A DNA stretch of 64,000 bases. It comes from Octopus bimaculoides. Its lineage: Eukaryota. Of this stretch, positions 38,137 through 51,753 are shown one piece after another. The notes beneath the pieces are model-generated. The model was not told where the DNA came from, did no database searches, and saw only the letters and a program-made list of their open reading frames with translations. The translations under genes were made by a program, and so were the position numbers. The stretch spans positions 27,941,106-28,005,105 of the forward strand of contig NC_068988.1 in assembly GCF_001194135.2 (NCBI RefSeq), written 5' to 3'. Every line of letters begins with the position of its first letter. The first letter of the stretch is position 1.

Positions 38137-39712
38137 GTAAGTATTCTTATTCATTTTCTTTATCCTATATATGGAGTGAAAAGTCACATTGTTGTCATCT
38201 CTGCTGACCCCTTTTACTTGGGTTTTGGTGTACCCCAGTCAGTTGGGGACCCCTGACCCTGTATAAATTTCTATTGCATATATTTGTATACACACACACA
38301 CACACACGATTTGTTGGAGCAGCTGTAGTCTATTGAACTGAAGATAGTAAATATTTCCTGCTGACCAATGGTGGGATAAAATGTAAAAGCAAAGCTGACT
38401 GGTAGGATTTGAACTCTGTCATTAATCAATGAAATTAATTACTGCTCAGCATGTTACCTTCTGTGCCACCTTTACAGACCTGATAATAATCTCATACTAA
38501 ATTGTATTAAAACAATAATAATAATAATAATAATAGTTTCAAATTTTAACACAAGGCCAGTAATTTTCGGGATATGGGGTTAGTTGCATAATTATATATT
38601 TTATGATTTATGGTTTGCAATATTTCTGGAGTGAAGTTTAAACAAAGTTTCATATTATATATTTTAGAGGCTTAATAAGGTTTGTTGATTAGTTATCATT
38701 AGTCATGTTCATTGAACACCTTGCAAGAAGTAAAGCTATTCTATAAATGCTTACCCAGTGCAGTATAGCAAGTGAACTTACTAGTATATTTACTAAATCA
38801 GGCTTGGTTACTGCTTGATACTCTTTCAAGTGGAACAATTTTTATTTTTAATACTTCTTTATACACCTTTATTGACAAATCTCCAGGAACAAAAAAAAGA
38901 ATAGAAAATGGTTTTTATGGTAAACAATTTTTAAGGAGCATCTGTTTTTCACTGAGATGGAAGATGTCCTAGATTGGCAAATGAAATATTGATTTCAAAT
39001 TTTGGTACAAGGCCAGCAATTTCAAGGGAGGGGTTAAGTCAATTACATTGCTCAACTGGTACTTATTTCATGTTAATTCTGTTCCAAGCATCAACCCAAT
39101 AACGAGATCTGGATCATTTATAGTAAAATGTGCCCGTGTTTTGGATTCCCCCCCCCCCTGTATTCAAGGTAGTTTTATGTACCTACCCACCACCATCTTG
39201 CACTTTCTTGTTGTTTATTTTGGATTATGAAATATAGAATTTCCAAAAAAAAAAAGGATTTTATTAAGTGGTCTTTTGTTCTTGAGATTCACTTCAGCTG
39301 TCAGTTGCACTGTTTCGTTTCTGCACCAGCTATATGGAATTATCTGCACAGAACAACTTGTTTCTCTAACCTTGTATTTCCTTGATGTTCTCCGTTGAAT
39401 GTAAAATCTTGCTCTATCCCCTGCTTTCTGTAGGAACTCATTCTGTCACAGATACATTCTTGTGATTGTAGAGAGTAACTAAAAAAGATAATAATAATAA
39501 TCCTTTCTACTATAGGCACCAGACCTGAAATTTGAGGGGAAGGGATAATCGATTACATTGACCCTCTGTGTTTCACTGGTACTTAATTTATCAACCCGAA
39601 AAAGATGAAAAGTAAAGTCAACCTTGATGGGATTTGAACTCAGAATGTAGCAGTAGACAAAATACTGCTAGTATTTCACCTGGCATGCTAACAATTCTGC
39701 CAGCTCGCTGCC

Positions 39713-39713
<1 letters not shown>

Positions 39714-39770
<57 letters not shown>

Positions 39771-39774
39771 TAAC

Positions 39775-39825
<51 letters not shown>
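39714..39825. repeat. (AAT)n microsatellite between two minus-strand SINEs
   Basis: Long AAT/AAC run; explains the poly-N and poly-Y ORFs. Confidence 0.97.
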
Positions 39826-40609
39826 TCTTCTTCTTCTTTCTACTGGAAGCACAAGGCCTCAAATTTGGGGAAGGGATTAAGTCGATTACATCAATCTCGG
39901 TATGCAACTGGTACTTAATTTATCGATACCGAAAGGATGAAAGGCAAAGTCAAACCCAGTGGAATTTGAACTCAGAACATAGCAGCAGACGCAATACCGC
40001 TAAGCATTTCGCCCGGCGTGCTAACAATTCTGCCAGCTCACCACCTTAATAATAATAATAATAATAATGCTTCTAAATTGTGGCACAAGGCCAGCAAGTT
40101 TAGGTGAGAGGGTAAGTCAATTACATGAACCCCAGTGTTCAACTGCCACTTCTTTTATCGACCTTAAAAGGATGAGAGGTAAAATTGTTCTGAATGATAA
40201 TGGTAATAAATAGATCAGAGTTGCCAGAATAGGAGTGTACATAACATACATGGGATTGGTGAATAAATAAAATAATGTTTGTTTCTTTTATGATGGGGTA
40301 TGATTAGAAAACATTCCAATAAGCTGATTAGGAATCTTTATCAGTAGTTTAACTGGTAGGTGATTGCAACCCGTGTGACTACTTGATATATGAAAGACTG
40401 CTGGAATTTTATATGATAATTTACCTTCTGTTTTAGCATTTTCTCATTGGCTGTGTGCTATCTATGATAGCACAGCTAATGAGAAATAAATTAAGTAGGG
40501 AGATAAGTGTCTTATGTAAATCCTATATTTTTTATAGTTTTCTGTAGTCATTCTTGTTTAACAATTCTCAGTTCATGACTCAGCCAGTGTCTTTGAAATA
40601 GGGTTTCAC

Positions 40610-41135
40610 TGTTGGGTCTCACTATTACTGGGAGTCTCTTCTGGCAAAAGCAGGTCTTCAATGTAGCTAGGGCTGCATCCCAAAGATTAGCCCTTCTCTT
40701 TAGAGCCAGAAGATACTTAAGCTCCAAACAATTGTTGATATTCTACAAAACTCAGTTGAGGCCCAGAATGGAGTATTTCTCTCACAAGTGGGACAGTGCT
40801 ACTGCTGTAGCTTCCCACACACATCGTAGACCGTGTCCAGAAAAGGGCCACCTGACTGATTGGCATAAAAGTTACTTACAGACATGCTCCAGCCCCTTGT
40901 CCAAAGGTGCTCTATCTCTTCTCTCTCTCTGACTTTTCTGTATCTGCTATAATGGCATTTCTCTATTCCTTGGAGCTGGCTGGGTTCATGCCACCTGCAG
41001 TCAGGTGTTCCCATGCTATTCGTCTCTCCTTTGCTCATCACCCTTTTTATATCACCTCTCCTACTATGCCACATGCTAATCATTACAAGCTGCCCTTCCT
41101 TCTGATAATTTAGGCCCTCTGGGATTTTCTGAATG
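40610..41135 (+). mobile_element. Degenerate CR1/Crack-like (jockey group) LINE ORF2 fragment
   Basis: RAASQRLALLFRARRYLSSKQLLIFYKTQLRPRMEYFSHKW resembles the post-RT motif LxxLYKxxxRPxxEYxSxxW; frameshifted downstream. Confidence 0.75.
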
Positions 41136-44058
41136 TCCCTATCAGATGTCTTACAAAAGTTCAAGAAGAATATCAATTCCACTATTCTAGGGAGGCCTGT
41201 AGAAGCTGTGGGCGCTGCCTCTTCTCCAGAACCAAGTAAAAAAGATGTGAGGTAGGACTGCCCATTAGAGGTCCCTGGATGTCTTAGGTTTATAAAACTA
41301 AGTTTTATTAGTGGTGGCAATGTCTGTAAAACTGTATTTTCTCAATTTAATTTAATAATTGAGGTCAAATAAGGTTTTCAGTTTTTAGAAAAGTTACCAA
41401 AACGCTTAAGAAGCCGAAAGGGGTTCTCACAGAGATATGGAAAATATATTGGGACCCACAGTTTTGTGTGTATCTGTCTCCATTGTGCTGCAGTGTTGTC
41501 TTGACAGTATTTTTCTACCTTTTTCATTACCTTTTCGTTTTTTAGAACACAACAACAGCCATCCTCATCTGGAGCCGACAGCAGGTACAGCACCCATTCA
41601 CATAGTTTTCCTTTGCTAGAGACAGCTTCAGTAACTTATAAGATGGCTGCTACCAATTTAGGAGACAGCATCAATGCTTCTCTGACTTTGCCTATTTTGA
41701 TGATCCTAATATGTACTAGTATTTCCCTATTTACACTGACCTAGGCAATCTCAAAAATACAGAGTATTTCACTTGTGTTTATAACATCTCATTGTACTTA
41801 ACATACTTTTTTTTTCCCAACTAAAGCCTCATCTTCATCTATCACTGTCTTTTCAAGTTGTGTATCATAACAGTTCATTACTCATAACTTCATTGTACAT
41901 TAACAATATGTCTTCCCTTTCTACTTAGTTAAACTTCTATGTGTTTGTATTTCACCTTAGTATGTACTCTCTCGTGCATATATACATATCTATATTCAAT
42001 TGATTTGTGATTAATCATACTAATTATCCATTTAATCAACTACCTAATATCTAACATTCAGAAACAACTTCCAAAAACATTAAATTCATGTTGGTATGTG
42101 AAATCTAAAATAAAGACAGAATGAAAATAGAAAACAAAAGATAGATGTATCACAAAATATATCTTAATATGCATGTAGTTGTGCATCAAGACATTTTATA
42201 ATTAACATCATTATTTCTCTCTATCTCATAGTATAACCTATAAATAGATCTCTTACCATTGATGTTCAACTAGAATTTTTTTTTGTCTATGTCTTTAGAA
42301 TTACATTAAGCAACCAAAAAGTTTAATTTGGTGTCCGTGTATCCAAAGGGGATGGAACAGTCCCGATTAGAACATTGAATGTTAGAAACATTAATACTAT
42401 CCACACAGATCAACATGCCTGACACAAAAATGCAGATAGGGAATATCTGGAGTGCTGGATCTGTGAGTTGTTCCTAAATAGTTATCTATGTGCCATGGGT
42501 CTGTTTGAACAGGCCTTACATAGGCTATATAACAAATAGTATTACTCAAAACTAAGATATCATCTTTATATCTTTATGCTGTGTGAAGCATCTTTGGACT
42601 CTTTGAACTACTGTTTAACATTAAATATAATTAATATTATTAATCAAAAATAGAACAGTATGGCATTAAAAAAGCCTTACTATGTTTAGTTTCATCTTAT
42701 ATTCTGAATCCTACCTGAATGAACTTCATCTTTTTCCTGGAACCAGTAAGTACTAATTATACACTCATGTTAATGTAACCAGTTGTGCCCCATCCCTCCT
42801 AATTATTGGTCTTGTATTCCTCAAAAGAAAATCATTATTATTCATATTTTTACAGTTATTTTTCCACATCGTGTGTTGTGTATTTAGAACCTAGAAATAT
42901 TTTATCTTCAAACAAGAAACAATTAGAAAAAGTCAGCTAAAAAAGGAAAATGAAGTTAATAAGTAGCACATAGTATTTATCTTGAATTTATGTAGATTTT
43001 CCTTGATGTTCTCTATCTCATTGTTTCTGCTGTATTTATAAACTTAGGATACAATTTATAATCTTGTACTCTGACAAAATAAATATAAGGTCATGTCAAA
43101 CACCTTTCTTCAAAGATTTTGGAAGAACTTTTACAGATTATTTTTCTTTGACAATTTCTTCATGCAAGGCATTGCTTTTAATCCCCTAGCAATAGAAACC
43201 TTTTTTTTTAGGTTAGGCCTTAAAAAAATATATTTTTTTAATAGTTTTGTGTGTTTGTTATGTCTGCTATTATTGTCTATATATGTAATGATTTAGCTAT
43301 GGAATAAAATTAGGCATAATCTAGTGTATACATTTCATCTATATTATTCATAAGGCAGTTGACTGATGAATATTTTAAATTTGTTTATTTTAAATAAACT
43401 GATAAATATTTTAAATCACAGCTCAGTGAGGTGACTCTTGTACTTCACTCACTGGGACTGTGGGTTCAAGTCCAGCCATATGCACTTCTTGGTTTGAGAC
43501 TAAGAATGTAGTAGAATGTATTAAGATCTCTTAGTTTTGCCGATATAGCCATACAATAGCAAAATAATGTCACAGATAATGTCTGCTGCCTGCTTTTTTA
43601 TTCCATAGTTAAATTTTTTTCTTTTTTTTTTTTTTTTACTTTATGTAAAAATAACAACTCTCAAGGTAGAAGTGGCAAGAAGTTCATAACAAAGAATCTA
43701 GTTTTCAAAGACATTCGCTCCAAAGACTGCATCTTCGGTACTAACTATGTGAGCTTGACACTCTCTTAAGAATGAAACACCTATGAAAAGATACTGTTTC
43801 AAAAGAAATTTTGTATTTCATGATTCCAACAATCTTATACTTTTCAAAAGAACTACAGAATTTCTGTGGGTTCTGTTAATGACTATAATATTTACAGGAT
43901 GAATGTCAAACTAACACATTTAATTTGGGGGTTTTTTCTTTCTTTTTTCTTTAACATTCAATTGGAAATACTAATATTATCATGATTATCTACTGGTATA
44001 GTTCTAATTTTTTTTAAATACAAATTTTATATCCTCTCATTTTATTTTCTCTCTGAAG

Positions 44059-44152
44059 GGTGAAATCATTTAATCTGTCCAGTATCAATGTCGATAACCT
44101 AAAGAAAAAGGTACGGCTCCTTGAGGATGACAACTTGCAGCTGCGGCTCGAG
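44059..44152 (+). CDS. TRAK1: TRAK/Milton coding exon: VKSFNLSSINVDNLKKKVRLLEDDNLQLRLE
   Basis: ctctgaAG acceptor after a pyrimidine tract, GAG|GTAAGA donor, phase 2/0; coiled-coil LxxKxxxLEDDNxxLR motif. Confidence 0.93.
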
Positions 44153-45773
44153 GTAAGAGACGTGTGGATAAGTTCTCGTATGTACCTTTAATAAGCATAC
44201 ATTCAGCTTTGTTGTGTATAAGTGCAGGAGTGGCTGTGTGGCTAAGAAGCTCGCTCTGCAAACGTGTGGTTTTGGGTTCAGTCCACTGCATGGCACTTCA
44301 GGCAAATGTCTTCTATAATAGCCCTGATCTGACCAGTGCCTTGTCAGTAAATTTGATCCACAGAAACTAGGCAGCAGGCTGGCAGAAACGTTAGCACGCC
44401 AGGCGAAATGCTTAGCAGTATTTTGTCTGCCGCTACGTTCTGAGTTCAAATTCTGCCGAGGTTGACTTTGCCTTTCATCCTTTTAGGGTCGATAAATTAA
44501 GTACCAGTCGATAAATTAAGTACCACACTGGGGTTGATGTAATCAACTTAATCCCTTGTTTGTCCCCTCTATGTTTAGCCCCTTGTGGGCAATAAAGAAA
44601 TAAGAAACATATGTATGCGTGTGTCTTTGTGTCAGTGTTTGTTCCTCCCTCACATACTCTTAACAACCAGTGTTGTTTGTTTAAGTCCCCCATAACTTAG
44701 CAATTCAACAAAAGACACTGATAGAATAACTACCAGATTTAAAAAGGGAAGAAGTACTGGGTTCGATTTGTTTGCCTAAACCCTTCAAAGCAGTACCCCA
44801 GCATGACTGCAATCCAATGACTGAAACCAGTAAAAGATAAATAGATCCTATCATTAAACCATGGAATTCTGTCTGCAGTGTGAATCCAGCAACAGCTCAG
44901 CTAGTTTTGACTGTTTGTTGTCGATTCTTTAGGAGTATCTGCTCATGTTCATTCTTCAGAGAGAGCAAACAGCTTACAAAGAATGCAGACACTGGTTTTA
45001 CTTACTCACATAGCAGTACATCTATTAGCAGTTGTATTAATAACTTTGTGTCTATGTGATTAGAAGCTTGCTTCCAAACCATATGGCCTTAGTTTCAGTC
45101 CCACTGCTTGGCATCCTGGGCAAGTGTCTTCTACTATATCTCTGGGTCAACCAAAGCCTTAGGTGGATTTGGTAGATGGAAACTGTAAGAAACCTGGTTT
45201 GTGTGTGTGTGTGTGTACCATTGTCTTGATATTATATGATGGTTGTAAATGAGCATTATCATCATGTAAGCTAAGTTGTTTGTTTCTAGTGTTGTGTGAA
45301 AAACATGTCTACCTTTGGGAAAATATCACATAACTTGGAGACTGGTGGAGATTGGCAACAGGAAAGGCATCTGGCTGTATTGCCTTGACAAATTCTGTTT
45401 AACCCATGCAAGCATGGAAAAGTGGGCATTAAATGGTAATCATCATCATTATCATTTAATGTCTGTTTTTCATGCTGGCATGGGTTGGACAGTTTGACAG
45501 AGGCTGGCCAGGCAGAAGACTGCACCAGGCTTCACTGTCTGTTTTGGAAGGGTTTTTACAGTTGGATGCTCTTCTGAACACTAACCACTTTACAGAAGTG
45601 GACTGAGTGCTTTTTACATGATGTTGATAATTAAATATTATATTAACTGAATATTAATGACTATGTCTATTAACAACTTAGTATTAATAACTATGTGAAT
45701 TTCTTGACAATTTTATGTCAGTATTTTACAAACTACTTTTAGTAATCTGTTTTTTGTGTGGTTTCTCTTACAG

Positions 45774-45852
45774 ACTTCCCAGTTGGCATCAGTCACTGAG
45801 GACTATGAAGAAAAGGAAGAGAAGTTGGTGCAGGATTGCCTTAAGCAGCTTG
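45774..45852 (+). CDS. TRAK1: TRAK/Milton coding exon: TSQLASVTEDYEEKEEKLVQDCLKQL
   Basis: cttacAG acceptor, G|GTAAGG donor, phase 0/1; YEEKExxLxxDCxxQL motif. Confidence 0.95.
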
Positions 45853-47016
45853 GTAAGGATAACTCATAATTTGATATATGTATATTTATAAAGTATGATA
45901 CACAAATACCTATTTTAATCTAATAATGTTTGTGTTGCATGTGACTGTTTTTTATTCAGTTGGGCAGTTACTTGCAGTATCAGTGATTGTTTATTCTCTG
46001 TTTTCATGTATATATCAGTGGTGGTGGATCTCATTTAGACATGCTGGCTGTGAGTACACATTATTGATGATGCCCTAGGATTCAGAAATGCATCTATTGT
46101 TCATTTTCACCACTGCTGGAATAAACTCTATCTCCTTACAATATATACCTACTGTGTTTTCAAACACAGTGCATCCATAGAAGATATTATCTCCAAATAT
46201 CACAGTCTATCATGTATTTACATTAACTATGATACATAAATAGACTCATTAATGTGGTTAAAATTTCTCCTTCCCCACCAAAATCAGTTATCATTTCTTT
46301 TAGAAATCTCTAGGTTCATCTGTTCTTAAAATTCATACTTGTGTACTAAATTAGGGTGCACAAATATTTAATGACAGTAGAATAATTATTTGATTGTAAA
46401 CTATTTTATAGTAGTTTTTAGAATTATTTATAATAATCCAAGGCTGTTGCTCTGAATTTTATGATTTTTTTAATAAAAAAGTTTAGATGTATTATTTTTC
46501 TCTTTTTGTTTTGATTATACAAATGATTAGCATAATTATCTTGTATGAAAATATGTCTCTGCCCCCTCTTTCTTATGACAACAACCCCCTCCACACACAA
46601 TCTCTTTCACACACATAATGTCTATTTTCCCCCCCTACTATAATCCCTGTGCAAACATTGCATCACATTCTTCTGACTCATGTTTGAAATGGGGTCAGTT
46701 TACCTCATTACAAGCATAAGATACGTTAATGTGGATTACATTATGAAAGAAAGGATTAAAATATTCACAAAATCATAGATTTTATAACTTTTTAAGGCAC
46801 AAAAATAGCTTCAGGAGCACATGAATATGAAATGAGTCACAATCTACTATCTTCTGTGCCATTCTTATGAGTTTTTTTTTTTTTTCTAGTTCTCTCATTT
46901 TATTATAAAATATAAATGTATACACATGCACACTCATGCTTTTACTCCCACTAATTAATTACTTTGTTAGTGGGAATATATGAATACAGATGAGCAATTG
47001 AATTCAGTTCAACATA

Positions 47017-47234
47017 TACTTTTCTACTCTAGGCACAAAGCCCAAAATTTTTGGGGAGGAGGGGGCATTTGATTATATCGACTCCAGTACGTAACTGGTA
47101 CTTAATTTATCGACCCTGAAAGGATGAAAGGCAAAGTTGACCTCGGCGGAATTTGAACTCAGAACGTAAAGACAGACGAAATACTGCTAAGCATTTCGCC
47201 CATTGTTCTAACGTTCCTGCCAGCTCGCCGCCTT
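47017..47234 (-). mobile_element. Young tRNA-derived SINE with 15-bp TSD
   Basis: ATTCAGTTCAACATA at 47002-47016 and 47235-47249. Confidence 0.9.
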
Positions 47235-47934
47235 ATTCAGTTCAACATAATGAGACAGTAATGTTTATATTATACAAAATTTATAAACACATAAATCTTG
47301 AAGTAGATATCTACTACTTATCAAAATCTTGTGCTTCTGAAAAATCTATGAAATTTCATATTGCAAACATTTCTAAAAATACTTATTGTATTTGTTGGTA
47401 TAAAAGACATAAGGGGACGTTAGACACACCCTATTTTCAGCAATACATATTCAAGAGTAAAAGTTTTTAGAGCCTCAAAGCATGTAATATTTAGTTAGAA
47501 GCCCAACTTCACATGTGGGGCATGAGGTTATTTTTTTGTAGAAAAGTACATCTTATATGCTATCAAGTACAGTAGGTACTATGATCAATAAAGAACCTAC
47601 AAGCAGAGTTATAAAACCCCTGAACCAGAAGCTGGTAGGGAACCACCACCTACATACAAACACCAATGAGAACATGGAAACTATTGAACCCAAGCATTCT
47701 GAAAATATAATACACAAACTACTTGAATTATTAGATAAAATGACAATGCAAATTTCAGAAACTTAAAAACAAGTGTGTTTATCAAAGATAAAGCATTTTC
47801 TTAATTTTCATTTTTTTTTTTATTAAAGCTATCTTGCATTTTAGGAGAAAAAAAAATCAACCCTCATACCATCTAGTAACCTGTATGCTATCCAGGCTAC
47901 TATACTATATACCTGTATACTAGACAAGTTCTAC

Positions 47935-48320
47935 ACTTCCCATGGAGCATAGGCCATCAGTGACTTTTTTTTCACTGTTCTTGATCTTGGGCAGTCTTTT
48001 TTGGATTTCTCTAATTGGTTACCCTCTGCTTTGTGTCATATATTTCCTTGGTGGAAGATCTTCCTCTCCCAGGCCTTATTGGTTTTGGATTGTCATCAAT
48101 GCTTCTGTAACTTTGTTTTTCTTTTAGGTAGGGTTGCTGGCTCTACATGGATTTGTTTTTAACTCTTGGAAGAAATGGTTAGTCTGGCCTCTTAGTCTTT
48201 GGTCCTGCGCAGCACGGGAGGCCCTATCAGGACCTTTCACCCTGCTAGAATAGCTTTCAGAATCATCAATGCACATAAACCATCACACTCCTCCGAGGAC
48301 TGTACCTTGTGGTGGAGTTA
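47935..48320 (-). mobile_element. Internally deleted RTE derivative (5'UTR joined to 3' end)
   Basis: Minus strand ends ...CAAGATCAAGAACAGTG...GATGGCCTATGCTCCAT (RTE C-terminus/3' end-like), preceded by RTE 5'UTR-like blocks; recognised from memory of the family. Confidence 0.5.
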
Positions 48321-48454
48321 ATGTGTGTAACTTCTGAAATATCTAAATAATTGGAGTTCATATTAGAATAATGTTGAACTAGATACAAAGAAAGCATCCC
48401 CTACATATATAAACATTCTGTTCCTGAAAATTTTGCCATAATGTCAAATTCCAT

Positions 48455-48850
48455 TATACAAGTGTGACTGTGTGGTAAGCAGACATCCCAGCCACATGGT
48501 CTTGGGTGCAGTCTCACTATGTGGCACCTTGGGCAAGTGTCTTCTGTTACAGAGTCCTGGGTCAAATAAAGCCTTGTATATGAATTTGTACATAGAAACT
48601 GAAAGAAGCCAGTCATATGTGTGTGTTTGTGTTTCTTGCATGATAGTTGTGAGTTTCACTGTCATGCAATCACCATATTTCACTTCCAGTCTGTGAAAAC
48701 ATGTTTGGTCATAGGGAAATATTACATTATTTGGAAACCGGTGAGGGTTGGCAACCAGGAAGGGCATTCAGCCAGAGTAAATCTGCTTCAGCAAAATTCT
48801 GTCTAACCTTATGTGAACAAGAAGTGGATTGTTAAAACAATGATGATGAT
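48455..48850 (+). mobile_element. CORE-like SINE variant carrying an RTE-like (GAT)n tail
   Basis: Same head/CORE as 29262 but ending GGTTGGCAACCAGGAAGGGCATTCAG...GTGGATTGTTAAAACAATGATGATGAT. Other copies at ~4080-4380, 8460-8790, 45050-45440, 52040-52410 (+) and 20260-20460, 30150-30400 (-). Confidence 0.78.
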
Positions 48851-49098
48851 GCTGATTAAACTATTTTTCATTTGACTTTCATTTTATGTCTCATTTTATG
48901 TATGATGAGAGTGAATGCAAAAATACATTCTATAGATTTTGACTTTACAGCAAGATTTTCAGGAGTAGAATGAATGCTTCTGCAATGCAGGGGGATTTCT
49001 TTTATTGCGTTCTTTTTGTTTAATGTCTCACATAACATTGTCATCATATATTTAAATGTCTTTTGATTGAGTGTTGCCTTCCTTTTTTATGTTTGTAG

Positions 49099-49229
49099 CT
49101 GATGTCAACAGTCAGCTTGAGGTCTTCTCTGATGAGTTGGCCCGCAAGACAGAAGAGAGTTCACGCCAGAAAGAAGAGATTACGAGTCTTCTTTCCCAAG
49201 TTGTGGATTTACAGAGAAAAAACAGAGAG
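49099..49229 (+). CDS. TRAK1: TRAK/Milton coding exon: (A)DVNSQLEVFSDELARKTEESSRQKEEITSLLSQVVDLQRKNRE
   Basis: tttgtAG acceptor, GAG|GTGTGT donor, phase 1/0; ELxxKxEE..RQxEEITxLLSQxVDLQ motif. Confidence 0.95.
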
Positions 49230-50182
49230 GTGTGTATATTTTGCTTTCTTGTTCAGTTTTTGTTTTTGTTTTAATTGTAACATAAAATACACACATACAC
49301 ACACACACACACACAAAATGGAACTGGTTAATAACTGACCCTCAAATGAAAAGGAAAATCTTGGCTCAGAACTTAATATTTAACAAAGTTGTGTCTCTTG
49401 CTTTACTATTGTTTCCAAAGCTTCATTACAGAGAATAGTTGTAATGAATTTTTACTATGAATATTATTCCCTTTGGGTTAGTGGAACGAAGTAAGAATGT
49501 AAACTGTAACTGTTTCACTTGGCCACACAATTTTTGCTCCTCTCAAACAGAAAGTGAACCACGTGTAGGTTAGGAAGTCAATAATGAACTATGCTCCAGC
49601 ATGACCACAGTCAAGTGACTGAAACAAGTAAAAGAATGAAAGAATAATCAAAGAATTCTCTCCTCCTCCTTAATTAAATCATGAATTCATTAAAACAGTT
49701 ATAACAACCAATGTTGTTAGCTTGATTCCAATTAAACAATCATTTAAAATCTTCTTTTAATTTGAGCAATAAATGAACTCTAAGATTCTAAAATGACAGT
49801 GAAAGGATCAATAATTTTTACTTTCTGATTGAGAAGTTTACCTTTACAAAATTAATCAAAGAATTATTTCAGGATAGGTATACCTTGTCCCCTTTGTGTT
49901 GAAAGAGGCAACTAAAAGGGTTAACATCAGGTAAGGCATACAGCTGTAAAACATTACCTGCCTCAAAATATCCCATTAAACCCATATCAGTATGGAAAGC
50001 AGAGATGAAAATGATGTGTATCTTTTGCTAGTGTAAATCACTGATTGGCCCTACAAAACCAATAATGCTATATCCTATATAGTAAGTGAAAAGTCATGTC
50101 CCTGTCATCTCTGCTCTCCTCTATTACTTGGGCTTTGGTGACCCCTCCTGACCCTGTATAAATTTCTATTGCATAATATTTG

Positions 50183-50221
<39 letters not shown>

Positions 50222-50749
50222 GGTGGTGTGTTGGAGCAACCAGAACTTATTGAATCAAATATTGTAAATATTAGCAGTGAGATAAAATGTAATATCAAAG
50301 CTGACTGGTTGGATTTGAACTCTGTCATTAATCAATGAAATTAATTACTGCTCAGCATGTTACCACCTGTGCCACCCTTACAAACTTGATAATAATCTCA
50401 CAATATATTGTATTAAGATAACAGTAATAATAATGGTTTAAAATGTTGGCACAAGACCAGTAATTTGAGGGATATGGAGTTAGTGACATGATTATATATT
50501 TTATGATTTAGGTTTGTATGTTTTTGAAACAACTAAGGAATGAAGTTAAATAAAGTTTCATATTACATATTTGAAATGACTAATAAAGTTTGTTGATTAG
50601 TTATCATTTGTCAATTTCATGCAACCTCTTGCTAGAATAAATGTTTCCCTAATACAACATAACGAGCAAGCTTGCTAATTATATAATTAATAAATTGACA
50701 ACAAACAGATTATTTATTCATTTCCCTCTTTTGTTTTCTCTCATTCCAG

Positions 50750-50824
50750 GTCTCTGTGGAGAATTTAGATTATAGTAAAAAGCTTGAGGCATTCAAGGAT
50801 ACACAGCATAAATTGGCCAAAGAA
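50750..50824 (+). CDS. TRAK1: TRAK/Milton coding exon: VSVENLDYSKKLEAFKDTQHKLAKE
   Basis: attccAG acceptor, GAA|GTGAGT donor, phase 0/0, coiled coil. Confidence 0.92.
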
Positions 50825-51535
50825 GTGAGTATTAACTTGGTTTATTTCAGTTATTATTGAAATAGTATTCCCTTCATCTCTCTCTGGAATTTGTACAGAA
50901 AGATTTTGCTTGTTTTTTTATTTTTGTATTTTTTTAAAAATTACAGTCTAAACAAGGGAAATAGTAAACTTTTTCCCCAAAAATTTTCCTGTTGCTTTCT
51001 TCCCCTATAAATATGAAAAGTTTGTTAACAAATCTTTTGTGGCAATATTGGTAAACTAGTTTATATTTACTAACAAGATACTCTGCCCTTGCAGGGAGAC
51101 CCCAATGATGTTAGATTTTATAGGCTCTGGTAAAGCTGTGTAGTTCAGAAGCTTGCTTCCCAACTATGCACAGTACCTTTGGCAAGTGTCTTCTACTATA
51201 GCCCAGGGCTGACTAAAGATTTATGAATGGATTTGATTGATGGAAATTCACTTAGACAAGGTGGCTTTTCCCTTTTCTTGTTCAGTTCCTGTCTTGCATG
51301 TTACTTGGCAACCTCACTAGTGATTGGGCATGAAAACAAGCACCCAGCACTCATTGTAAAGTGGTTGGCATTAGGAAGGGCATTCTATAGAAACCATACC
51401 AAAACTGACATTGGAACTTATTACAGTCCTTTGACTTCCTAGATCCAACCCATGTCAGCATGGATAACAGACCTTAAATAATGAGTTTCTGTAAGAAACA
51501 TATTTTATCTATTTTATTTATTTATCTATTTTCAG

Positions 51536-51753
51536 CTATCTGAATGGCAGGATCGCTATGATGAATTATTAGAATTATTTGAAGAAGTCCAAGATGAGTT
51601 ACGAACATTACGTCGTAAGCACAAACCAAGTGCCTCAAAGCACTATATGTCTACATCATCTTTAATGAGGGGAGACTCCCTCGCTTCAGAACTTGAATCA
51701 TCAATGCGAGGTGAGATAGAATACCCAGCTGGCTACTCACCGGCTGAGAGAAG
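51536..51753 (+). CDS. TRAK1: TRAK/Milton coding exon: LSEWQDRYDELLELFEEVQDELRTLRRKHKPSASKHYMSTSSLMRGDSLASELESSMRGEIEYPAGYSPAER
   Basis: tttcAG acceptor, AG|GTAAAT donor, phase 0/2; end of the HAP1_N coiled coil and DSLASELE motif. Confidence 0.95.

Noticed and set aside
39634-39918. Poly-Asn and poly-Tyr ORFs
   Set aside because: (AAT)n tract between SINE copies
47557-47766. 69-aa ORF (…KLLELLDKMTMQISET) with protein-like composition
   Set aside because: No TRAK similarity or usable splice context; neighbouring exons already join in phase; probably a decayed retroelement fragment
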